DNA of 42,307 bases. Source: a bacterium (GTDB lineage Bacteria; Patescibacteriota; Minisyncoccia; Phycocordibacterales; UBA10002). Numbering within the stretch: the first letter of the stretch is position 1; every line of letters begins with the position of its first letter. A program made the translations under genes and the position numbers. Of this stretch, positions 31,020-38,727 are shown one piece after another. A model generated the notes under the pieces. It was not told the origin of the DNA. It ran no database searches and worked only from the letters and a program-made list of their open reading frames with translations. Location: assembly GCA_030649775.1 (NCBI GenBank), contig JAUSFR010000077.1, positions 1 to 42,307 on the forward strand, given 5' to 3'.

Positions 31020-31565
31020 ATGAACCCCACATCATTCAAAAAGGGTTTTACCCTCATAGAACTCCTCGTTGTCATTGCGATTATCGGACTGCTCTCCAGC
31101 ATTATCTTCGCCTCGCTCACCACCGCGAGAATGAAGGGGAGGGACGCGGTCAGACTCTCGGGGATGAATGAGATTCAAAAGGCACTTGAACTCTATTATG
31201 CGAACCACGGAAAGTACCCCGATACAATATATGGTACCGAAGGAGCATTGGGTTGTAGTGGCTGGGATATCGGCTATTTCAACTCAAGCGACACCTTCAT
31301 ACCCCAGCTCGTAACCGACGGAATCTTTACCAAAACGCCAGGTGACCCGACCACGACGGGGTGCAACGGCTATTATTATTTCAGGTACGTCGCGGCCAGT
31401 TGGTATCCGGCGAACGGTTGTCAGAACAAATCGTTTTACGTGCTCGGTATCAGAAATCTTGAAGCGACCACCGGTATTTACCCGAACAATCCCGGATGGG
31501 ACTGCACCATTCAGCATTGGAACACTGGTTCCTTTGAATGGTTTACGGGCAAATACGAAGATTAG
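31020..31565 (+). CDS. type IV pilin-like protein, tandem paralog
   Basis: 181 aa from MNPTSFKKGFTLIELLVVIAIIGLL. The track ORF start at 30843 overlaps the previous gene. Confidence 0.85.
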   Translation: MNPTSFKKGFTLIELLVVIAIIGLLSSIIFASLTTARMKGRDAVRLSGMNEIQKALELYYANHGKYPDTIYGTEGALGCSGWDIGYFNSSDTFIPQLVTDGIFTKTPGDPTTTGCNGYYYFRYVAASWYPANGCQNKSFYVLGIRNLEATTGIYPNNPGWDCTIQHWNTGSFEWFTGKYED

Positions 31566-31570
31566 TGCGA

Positions 31571-32170
31571 ATGAAGTATCTTGTAGGCATTGATGAAGTG
31601 GGGCGGGGCCCGCTCGCGGGCCCGCTGTGCGTAGGGGCATTTCTGGTGGAGCGTACAAAACTCCCGAAGTATCTTCGGGAGTTTCGCGGTATCAAAGACT
31701 CCAAACAGCTCTCTCCCGAGGAGAGAGCTCTGTGGTTTGGGCGAATCCGCACCGCGACACGCAGAGGGGAATGTCGTTTCAGTACGGCTTTTGTCCGAGC
31801 GGAAAAAATTGACCGAGAGGGAATGGCGAAAGCGCTCCGTCTTGCGGTCGGGCGCGTACTCCACAAACTCGCGGTTTCTCCGGAGAACTGTTTCGTGCTT
31901 CTTGACGGCACCTTGCGAGCGCCAGCCTTTTTCCCGTTGCAGGAAAGCATTATAGATGGAGACGAGAACGAACCGCTTATAGCGACTGCGTCTATCGTTG
32001 CCAAGGTACGTAGGGACAAGCATATGGCCTTGCTCGCGAAACGTTTTCCCGAATACGGATTTGAAGCACACAAGGGATATGGGACGAAGAAGCACTATGA
32101 AGCGCTACGAAGGCACGGGATTTCGGAAGTACACCGAAAGAGTTTCCTCCGAAAATTTTTGAATGTTTAA
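31571..32170 (+). CDS. rnhB: ribonuclease HII
   Basis: 199 aa from MKYLVGIDEVGRGPLAGPL. Confidence 0.9.
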   Translation: MKYLVGIDEVGRGPLAGPLCVGAFLVERTKLPKYLREFRGIKDSKQLSPEERALWFGRIRTATRRGECRFSTAFVRAEKIDREGMAKALRLAVGRVLHKLAVSPENCFVLLDGTLRAPAFFPLQESIIDGDENEPLIATASIVAKVRRDKHMALLAKRFPEYGFEAHKGYGTKKHYEALRRHGISEVHRKSFLRKFLNV

Positions 32171-32198
32171 TTTTGTAATTTTTAAATAATTCTTCAAT

Positions 32199-32238
32199 GT
32201 CCAAATTTTTAAATTCGGTCATTATTTAAAAATTGGAC
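32199..32238 (+). terminator. AT-rich hairpin GTCCAAATTTTTAAAT...ATTTAAAAATTGGAC
   Basis: 15-16-bp stem with a one-nt bulge and a 9-nt loop, downstream of rnhB. Confidence 0.4.
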
Positions 32239-32300
32239 AGTAAAAATTAAAAATTCATACCGTATTGCTTTTTTTGCCCCAGTGCGGTATGGTACTTCCC

Positions 32301-32531
32301 ATGGTAGTCCGAATGCGGTCAACGAAATCCCATCGAAATAACCGACGCTCACACTTTAAGCTTGTGGCGCCGAGTTCTTCCGTGTGTGATTCCTGCAAGA
32401 AACCGCGACCCTCACATAGCGTTTGTCCCCATTGCGGAAAGTACCGTGGTCGGGTTATTGTTGATGTACAGGCGAAGATAGACAAGAAGCTGAAGAAGCA
32501 GAAAGAGAAAGAAAAGGCGGGAGCAAAGTAA
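32301..32531 (+). CDS. rpmF: 50S ribosomal protein L32
   Basis: 76 aa from MVVRMRSTKSHRNNRRSHFKL, with a CxxC...CPHCGKYRGR zinc ribbon. Confidence 0.85.
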   Translation: MVVRMRSTKSHRNNRRSHFKLVAPSSSVCDSCKKPRPSHSVCPHCGKYRGRVIVDVQAKIDKKLKKQKEKEKAGAK

Positions 32532-32666
32532 AGCACAAACCACAGTACACAAAAACCCAGACAGGACACAGAACCTCAAAACACAAACAAGGAAAGAAGC
32601 ATTGTTTGAAAAGTTTGTATTTTGTGATTTGTTTGGAATTTGGAAATTGTGATTTGTACATTTCCA
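32532..32666. repeat. heptamer-periodic spacer (A/C-rich arm, then T/G-rich arm)
   Basis: The left arm is AGCACAA ACCACAG TACACAA ... ACACAAA. The right arm is TTTGTAT TTTGTGA TTTGTTT GGAATTT GGAAATT GTGATTT GTACATT. Partly complementary. Confidence 0.6.
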
Positions 32667-32670
32667 TCTT

Positions 32671-33564
32671 ATGGCTAACCGGCACCTTGCAAGGTCAATC
32701 GTTCTCCAAACCCTCTACGAGTGGGATTTTAGAAAGTTGCCTGTTGCACAAGCAAAGGTTCTCCTCAAGCGTAATATCGGCGAATTCGCGCCGGGTCTCA
32801 CCGACTCCGATTTTTTGGATGAGCTTCTTTCGCATATTCTCTCCAAACGAGAAGACCTTGACCGTATTATCGGAAAGGCTGCTCCCGATTGGCCGATAGA
32901 TAAAATATCGCCGATAGACCGCAATGTCCTTCGTCTCGGGCTCTTTGAGCTCCTGTTCTCCGACAAAGAAGAGGTTCCGGCGAAGGTTGCCATCAATGAG
33001 GCGATTGAACTTGCGAAGACCTTTGGTGGAGACAACAGTGGCAAATTTGTGAATGGTGTACTTGGCTCCATCTACAAGGAGCTCGGTGAGCCCGGCAAGG
33101 AAGCCGCTCCACGCAAGAAAAAAATGGACGTGCCGTTTGAGAAGATGCCGATACAAAATCTTGTCGGCGCGGTCGTCTACGCAAAGGACAAGAAGGATAT
33201 TTATCTCGCGCTTGTGCACGACATCTTCGGACACTGGACGCTTTCCAAGGGGAAGCTCCTGCCGAATGAAGACGTGATGATTGGAGCGGTGCGGAAGATA
33301 AAGGAGGAGATTAACGCCGACATTACCCTCAAGGACGAGCTGGGCAAAAACGAATATGTCGCGTCCGACCCCGAACTCGGCAAAATACGAAAACAGGTGC
33401 ATTACTTTCTCGCCGAGTCGCCGTTTAATCCGCTGAAGCTCGAGAAGACGGGGGGACTGGACGATGTACGTTGGTTCAGACTGAGCGATATTTTGGAACT
33501 CAACTTTTATGAAGACATTTTGCCGATAGTGACGAAAGCAATCAATTTATTACTTAAGAAGTAA
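32671..33564 (+). CDS. nusB: NusB antitermination factor fused to a Nudix-like C-terminal domain
   Basis: 297 aa. NusB pattern RSIVLQTLYEWDF...VAINEAIELAKTFG. The C-terminal half carries the near-Nudix box GKLLPNEDVMIGAVRKIKEEINA. Confidence 0.75.
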   Translation: MANRHLARSIVLQTLYEWDFRKLPVAQAKVLLKRNIGEFAPGLTDSDFLDELLSHILSKREDLDRIIGKAAPDWPIDKISPIDRNVLRLGLFELLFSDKEEVPAKVAINEAIELAKTFGGDNSGKFVNGVLGSIYKELGEPGKEAAPRKKKMDVPFEKMPIQNLVGAVVYAKDKKDIYLALVHDIFGHWTLSKGKLLPNEDVMIGAVRKIKEEINADITLKDELGKNEYVASDPELGKIRKQVHYFLAESPFNPLKLEKTGGLDDVRWFRLSDILELNFYEDILPIVTKAINLLLKK

Positions 33565-33569
33565 TCACT

Positions 33570-33669
33570 AAAGCTCGAAGGAAAGAAAGCTCTAAGCTCG
33601 AAGAAAAAACTTTTTAAGTTTTAAGACTTAAGAATTCTTCGAACTTCGAACTTCGTGCTTCGAACTTCT
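33570..33669. repeat. heptamer hairpin spacer (GCTCGAA / CTTCGAA type)
   Basis: AAGCTCGAAG occurs at 33571-80 and 33594-603. The opposite arm is TTCTTCG AACTTCG AACTTCG TGCTTCG AACTTCT (33635-69). Confidence 0.7.
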
Positions 33670-33675
33670 GGTTCA

Positions 33676-34371
33676 ATGAGTCCGGACTTTGGCAGTTTCG
33701 AAAAACACCTCGGTATCACCTTTAAGGATAAGAATTTACTCCGCACTGCTTTCACGCACCGCTCGTACCTCAACGAAAACCGAAAAAGTGGGATGGAACA
33801 CAACGAACGTCTTGAGTTCTTGGGAGACGCGGTACTGGAGCTTATCGTGACCGAATATCTGTTCGGAAAATACCCCGACCGAAACGAGGGCGACCTTACC
33901 TCGTACCGCTCCGCGCTCGTCAATGCCGTCACGCTCGCCGGTGTTGCCGAGAAGCTGGGGATGAATGATTTTCTCCTACTCTCTCGCGGAGAAACCAAAG
34001 ACACCGGACGCGCTCGGCAGGTCATTCTCGCGAATACGATTGAAGCGTTCATCGGCGCGCTTTATCTTGATGGTGGGTACGAAGCGACAAAAGGCTTTGT
34101 CAGCAAACATATTTTCAAACTTATTGATGACATTGTGCACAAAAAAACGTGGCTTGACGCGAAGAGTCATTTTCAGGAAAAAGCACAGGAGATTGCGGGC
34201 GTAACGCCCTCTTACGAAACCGTCAAAGCGGACGGACCCGACCACGACAAAAAGTTTACGGTCGCCGTCTTTCTCGGCAAGGAAAAAATCGCCGAAGGAG
34301 AAGGGAAGTCCAAGCAGGAAGCCGAACAGCAAGCGGCAAAGATGGGACTCGAAGCCAAGAATTGGGAGTAG
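33676..34371 (+). CDS. rnc: ribonuclease III
   Basis: 231 aa from MSPDFG. Signature ERLEFLGDAVLEL and a C-terminal dsRBD. Confidence 0.92.
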   Translation: MSPDFGSFEKHLGITFKDKNLLRTAFTHRSYLNENRKSGMEHNERLEFLGDAVLELIVTEYLFGKYPDRNEGDLTSYRSALVNAVTLAGVAEKLGMNDFLLLSRGETKDTGRARQVILANTIEAFIGALYLDGGYEATKGFVSKHIFKLIDDIVHKKTWLDAKSHFQEKAQEIAGVTPSYETVKADGPDHDKKFTVAVFLGKEKIAEGEGKSKQEAEQQAAKMGLEAKNWE

Positions 34372-34451
34372 TTCTTACTTCATAGTACCCCGTATTTTTT
34401 CGTTTTCAATCTATTTCTCCGCACCTGCTCACCCTAACTAAAGAAGTAACT

Positions 34452-34493
34452 AATTATACCAAGTAGCACCTATCGGTATTACTTGGTATAATT
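34452..34493. repeat. 42-nt imperfect palindrome AATTATACCAAGTAGCACC-TATC-GGTATTACTTGGTATAATT (upstream copy)
   Basis: 19-position arms with 17 Watson-Crick pairs, 1 G-T pair and 1 mismatch. Ends 6 nt before the ATG at 34500. Confidence 0.85.
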
Positions 34494-34499
34494 GGGACT

Positions 34500-35108
34500 A
34501 TGGAGATGTTCCCCAATAAGGAGGCGAAAAAGAAGAAGAGAGGAGTAAAACGAATCTATAGTCCGACAAAGATGAAGATTCTTTTGTTGCTTCAGGCCGG
34601 AGTCGCACTTTCATTTGCGGGCACGCTTTCGAAGCAGTTTCGGATTTTGGGAGAACTTGCGGATGAGTGGAAAGGCGTTGAGCGTGCATACCTCTCGCGG
34701 ATTATCCGGGAGTTTTATACCGACCGGTTGGTTTCCATGACCGAAAATGGGAATGGTACTGTAACTGCCGTACTAACCGAAAAAGGGAAGAAGCGCGCTA
34801 TTACGTTCAATTTAAGCTGTATGGAAGTCAGGGTCCCCGAAGTATGGGATGGACTCTGGCACATGGTAATCTTTGATATTCCCGAAAAATATAAGGTCGC
34901 TCGATATTCTCTCCGTGATAAACTCCTTGCCCTCGGCTTCTTTCAATGTCAGAAGTCGGTCTATATTCACCCATTCTCGTGTGAGGATGAAGTCGATTTC
35001 ATCTCAAACTTTTTTAAAGTAGGACGTTATGTGCGCTACGGCGTCATAAAGCGCATCACCAATGAAGAGGAGCTTCTCCTTAGGTTTAACCTCAAGAAAC
35101 CCATTTAG
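34500..35108 (+). CDS. wHTH + PaaX-middle/Cas2-like domain protein (paralog of 21708-22307)
   Basis: 202 aa. WDGLWHMVIFDIPEKYKVARYSLRDKLLALGFFQCQKSVYIHP, and the shared downstream motif P-x-x-CED. Confidence 0.6.
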   Translation: MEMFPNKEAKKKKRGVKRIYSPTKMKILLLLQAGVALSFAGTLSKQFRILGELADEWKGVERAYLSRIIREFYTDRLVSMTENGNGTVTAVLTEKGKKRAITFNLSCMEVRVPEVWDGLWHMVIFDIPEKYKVARYSLRDKLLALGFFQCQKSVYIHPFSCEDEVDFISNFFKVGRYVRYGVIKRITNEEELLLRFNLKKPI

Positions 35109-35120
35109 CGCATCAATTAT

Positions 35121-35158
35121 TTATTCCAAGTAGCACCTATCGGTGCTACTTGGAATAA
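35121..35158. repeat. 38-nt perfect hairpin/palindrome TTATTCCAAGTAGCACC-TATC-GGTGCTACTTGGAATAA (downstream copy)
   Basis: Perfect 17-bp arms with the same TATC centre. Starts 12 nt after the stop codon. Confidence 0.9.
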
Positions 35159-35273
35159 TGTGAAAAAGCTTGCGGGCTTGCTGTTCTTCGTTTTTTGTTG
35201 TAGTGTGCGACGAGAAAAATCGAAGCGGTGTGTGCCGTTATCGCCTTCACGAAAGTTGAACCTTACACAATCT

Positions 35274-36257
35274 ATGACCGACCATTCTGAAAAAACTGAA
35301 GTGGATGTCTCCGATATCCTAAACGCTGCAGGCATCGCCTGCAAAGGCATCATCATTGAGCAAGAGCCGGGGATGTACCCTCACAAGAAGCGGATTTCCG
35401 ATAACTGGTCTTACTTTACGGCTGCCACTTTTCGGCATCTGTATGCAGAACATAATGCGAGCCCTTCATCTGTCGCTATCGTTGGCATTGGAAATGGCAT
35501 TGAAGGCAGTGCCGCCGTGAGGGCATTTCCGAGTTCGCTTAAGACTCTCTACATCAGCGATGTGGATGAAGGTGTTGTTGCTGGCGCGTCCAGGAACATA
35601 CGACGGAATCTTCCCAAGCGGAGTCGCGTGAAGATTGAACCGTTCATCGGCTCATTTTGCGAGCCACTTGTGGAGAGGGGAGTGCGCGCCGATATCGTGT
35701 TCGCCAACATTCCGAATCTTCCGGCAGCACAAGGAGCGGACCTTTCCGGTGGCGCAGAAAAGGGGACGTTCCTACGTCCCGAATTGTACGAGGGGTACCA
35801 TCCGCCTCAAAAGTACATCAAGTGGGCGCTCGGTGCCCAGTATGCGTATCTTATGAGCGCGAAGGACGCGCTTACTGAAAGAGGCTCTGTCTTCACCGAA
35901 GTCGGAGGTCGTGTTCCGCTCGCGCTCCTCAGCGAGCTGTTTGAAGAAACAGGATACCGTGCCGAAGAGGTTCTGGTCGGTTTCAAAGAGCAGACGGAAC
36001 CGCTCATAGACTTCCTTGGCTATCGTGCATTTGAGGAGGAGTACGGTGTCGCATTTGATTTCTATAAATACGAACCGGCCCTTGCGACACTCGAGGAGTT
36101 TGGGAAGGGAAACATCATTCAGGAATCAGGCGAAGTTTGTAAGACCGCGCTTGAACGGCACAGGGTTACTGCGGGGGAAGCGGTACAACTCTTTCACAGG
36201 CAGGTCGCCGTTGGTCACACGGTCCACATCATCAAAGGGACGAAACGAAAATTGTAA
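35274..36257 (+). CDS. putative class I SAM-dependent methyltransferase-like protein
   Basis: 327 aa from MTDHSEK; the track start GTG 35160 abuts the palindrome. Motif-I-like IVGIGNG, acidic ISDVD, and motif-IV-like FANIPNLP. The assignment is tentative. Confidence 0.4.
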   Translation: MTDHSEKTEVDVSDILNAAGIACKGIIIEQEPGMYPHKKRISDNWSYFTAATFRHLYAEHNASPSSVAIVGIGNGIEGSAAVRAFPSSLKTLYISDVDEGVVAGASRNIRRNLPKRSRVKIEPFIGSFCEPLVERGVRADIVFANIPNLPAAQGADLSGGAEKGTFLRPELYEGYHPPQKYIKWALGAQYAYLMSAKDALTERGSVFTEVGGRVPLALLSELFEETGYRAEEVLVGFKEQTEPLIDFLGYRAFEEEYGVAFDFYKYEPALATLEEFGKGNIIQESGEVCKTALERHRVTAGEAVQLFHRQVAVGHTVHIIKGTKRKL

Positions 36258-36265
36258 TTGCTACG

Positions 36266-36299
36266 GGCGGGAGAAACCAATTCTCCCGCCTGCTTTTTT
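36266..36299 (+). terminator. rho-independent terminator
   Basis: GGCGGGAGAA-ACCAA-TTCTCCCGCC followed by TGCTTTTTT. Confidence 0.75.
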
Positions 36300-36358
36300 A
36301 TTTACCCCTTAATTGCTATGATTAGGGCGTATTTTTATGAATCTGGATTCCAGCTTTC

Positions 36359-36378
36359 GCCTGCCTGCGCAGGCAGGC
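36359..36378. repeat. 20-nt perfect palindrome GCCTGCCTGC|GCAGGCAGGC upstream of smc
   Basis: All 10 positions pair. Flanked by ATTCCAGC...GCTGGAAT. Lies 17 nt upstream of the smc ATG. The arms are shared with the dnaE insert. Confidence 0.85.
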
Positions 36379-36395
36379 TGGAATGACACACGGCT

Positions 36396-38660
36396 ATGTA
36401 TTTAAAGAGTCTTGAATTAACGGGGTTTAAATCGTTCGCCAAGAAGACCGAACTCTCTTTCAACACGCCGATAACTTCCATCGTGGGGCCGAACGGGAGC
36501 GGAAAGAGCAACACCGCCGAGGCATTCCGTTTTGTGCTGGGGGAACAGTCCATCAAGAGTATGCGCGGGAAACGCACCGAGGACCTCATTTGGAACGGCT
36601 CTCCCGAAGTAGGACGCTCAAACCGCGCGTCGGTGAAACTCATGTTTGATAACCGAAAACGTCTCTTAAATCTTGATGTTGATGAGGTGACGATTGAGCG
36701 CGTCATCTACCGTGATTCGGGAAGCGAGTATATGGTAAACGGCTCGCCGGTTCGGCTTCGCGATATTGTAGAGCTCCTTGCAGGCGCGCATATCGGCGCG
36801 TCGGGACATCACATCATTTCGCAGGGCGAAGCGGACAGGATTCTGAACGCCAATATGCGTGAACGGCGGGAGATGATTGAGGACGCGCTCGGACTCAAGA
36901 TTTTTGAGTGGAAACGCGAAGAGTCGGAGAGGAAACTCCTGAAGACCGAAGAAAATATGAAGCAAGTGGCCAGTCTTCGACGGGAAATCGCTCCGCATAT
37001 CTCCTTTCTCAAAAAACAGGTTGAAAAAATAGAGAAGACGAAACAGCTTAAGGAAGAACTCCGAGGACTGTACCTGGATTATCTGAAGCGGGAGCATACC
37101 TATATCACCGAGTCCAAACGAAAGATTTCGGAGGAGGAGAGCGCGCCGAAAGCGGAACTTGCCGATTTGGAACAGAAACTTTCCGCGTCAAAAAAAATTC
37201 TTGAAGAAACGCACGGCGCGGACGCGAAGACACAAGCGATTATCGCGGTTGAGGAGCGTCTAGGTAGCCTCCGTAGGGAGCGAGAAAGCCTCTCCCGCGA
37301 CATTGGACGACTTGAGGGTGAGATAGCCTCCGCCGAGCGTATGAAGAGCGCCACAGAGTTGACCAAAGTAAGTGAAGCGCTTATTCCCATTTCCGAGGTA
37401 GAGTCCATTGCAAAGGAGGTGGAGGAGGCGTTTCAAACCGAGGATATCGGTCTTTTGAAGCGAGCGCTTGAAACGGTGAAGCACGCTCTTTCGGGACTTT
37501 TGGATAAATATCGCCAGAAGAAAAATCCAAGCCTTGAAGGGTTTGAGCGGGAGATTTTGTCCTTGCGCGAAAAGAAACAAGAGGCGGAGAAAAAGCTCTC
37601 GGACATTCAATCGTCCGAGCGGGAAGTATCGGAAGACGAAAAGAAACTTCGTTTGGATATTGAGCGTGAAAAAGACTCAAGCCGTGACGCGGAGAAGGAC
37701 GTGTTCCGTATTATGGCTCGCCAAAATGAGCTTCATGGGACGCTGAATGCGCTTCGGGTGAGGCTGTCCGAGCTTCTACATCTGGAAGGGGACTTTAAGC
37801 GTGAACTTACCGAAGGGATACTTCTCGTAGGGAGAGAGCTTATAGAATTTGAAAATGTAAAAATCAAAAATCAAAATGAGGAAGAGATACAGCCCTCGGA
37901 GTTTTTGAGGGAAGAAAGAAGTGTCCAGGAAGAGAGACGGCGCAAGGTGGAGAAGCTCAAAATTCGCATTGAAGACGCGGGCGGGGGAAGCGGAGCGGAG
38001 GTTCTCAAAGAGTTTGCGGAGGCGACCGAGCGAGACCAGTTTCTGGCGAGAGAGCTCGCCGACCTGGAAAAAGGAGCCGAGACTCTCAAACAGCTTATCG
38101 CTGAGCTTTCTCTGAAGCTTGATGAGGAGTTTCGTGAGGGTATTCTAAAGATAAACAAAGAGTTCCAAAACTATTTCTCCCTTATGTTCGGGGGCGGTTC
38201 GGCAAAACTTTCGGTCGCAAAGCCCGAGAAGAAAGTACGGCGAGAAATGGACGACCTCCTCGCGAGCGAAGAAGGCGTTTCCATACCAGAAGAGGAAGAA
38301 AAGGAGACGGGTATTGATATTGAGGTGAATTTGCCTCGCAAGAAAATCAAGGGACTGATGATGCTCTCCGGAGGGGAGCGAGCGCTTACCTCCATCGCGC
38401 TTCTTTTCGCGATGTCGCAGGTGAAGCCCCCGCCGTTCATCATTCTTGATGAAACGGATGCGGCGCTTGATGAGGCGAATTCCAAGAAATACGGTGATAT
38501 GGTGGAAAACCTCTCCAAACACTCCCAGCTTATTCTCATCACCCACAATCGCGAGACGATGTCGCGTGCCGGAGTTATCTATGGTGTCACGATGGACAAG
38601 AGTGGCGTTTCCAAACTGCTCTCAATCGCGTTTGATGAAGCGGTGGCGGTAGCGAAATGA
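36396..38660 (+). CDS. smc: SMC-family chromosome segregation ATPase, unusually short with no recognisable hinge
   Basis: 754 aa. Head N-terminus GFKSFA...IVGPNGSGKSN, C-terminal LSGGERALTSIALLFAM and ILDETDAALD. The middle is continuous coiled coil. Confidence 0.8.
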   Translation: MYLKSLELTGFKSFAKKTELSFNTPITSIVGPNGSGKSNTAEAFRFVLGEQSIKSMRGKRTEDLIWNGSPEVGRSNRASVKLMFDNRKRLLNLDVDEVTIERVIYRDSGSEYMVNGSPVRLRDIVELLAGAHIGASGHHIISQGEADRILNANMRERREMIEDALGLKIFEWKREESERKLLKTEENMKQVASLRREIAPHISFLKKQVEKIEKTKQLKEELRGLYLDYLKREHTYITESKRKISEEESAPKAELADLEQKLSASKKILEETHGADAKTQAIIAVEERLGSLRRERESLSRDIGRLEGEIASAERMKSATELTKVSEALIPISEVESIAKEVEEAFQTEDIGLLKRALETVKHALSGLLDKYRQKKNPSLEGFEREILSLREKKQEAEKKLSDIQSSEREVSEDEKKLRLDIEREKDSSRDAEKDVFRIMARQNELHGTLNALRVRLSELLHLEGDFKRELTEGILLVGRELIEFENVKIKNQNEEEIQPSEFLREERSVQEERRRKVEKLKIRIEDAGGGSGAEVLKEFAEATERDQFLARELADLEKGAETLKQLIAELSLKLDEEFREGILKINKEFQNYFSLMFGGGSAKLSVAKPEKKVRREMDDLLASEEGVSIPEEEEKETGIDIEVNLPRKKIKGLMMLSGGERALTSIALLFAMSQVKPPPFIILDETDAALDEANSKKYGDMVENLSKHSQLILITHNRETMSRAGVIYGVTMDKSGVSKLLSIAFDEAVAVAK
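37860..37873 (+). repeat. tandem heptamers AAAATCA x2 (plus a partial third copy) inside smc
   Basis: Read directly from the sequence. Encodes KIKNQN. Confidence 0.6.
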
Positions 38661-38678
38661 CCCCGACTCGAGTCGGGG
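38661..38678 (+). terminator. perfect palindrome CCCCGACTC|GAGTCGGGG immediately after the smc stop
   Basis: 9-bp arms, followed by the conserved 21-nt hairpin. Confidence 0.45.
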
Positions 38679-38680
38679 TC

Positions 38681-38701
38681 ATCCCGCACTTGATGCGGGA
38701 T
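38681..38701 (+). repeat. conserved 21-nt hairpin ATCCCGCA-CTTGA-TGCGGGAT (copy 2)
   Basis: Identical to 12682-12702. Confidence 0.85.
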
Positions 38702-38727
38702 CTAGATTTGAAAGTAAGCTAAAAAGA

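Noticed and set aside
32695-33402. 235-aa minus-strand ORF
   Set aside because: It is antisense to the nusB-Nudix gene.
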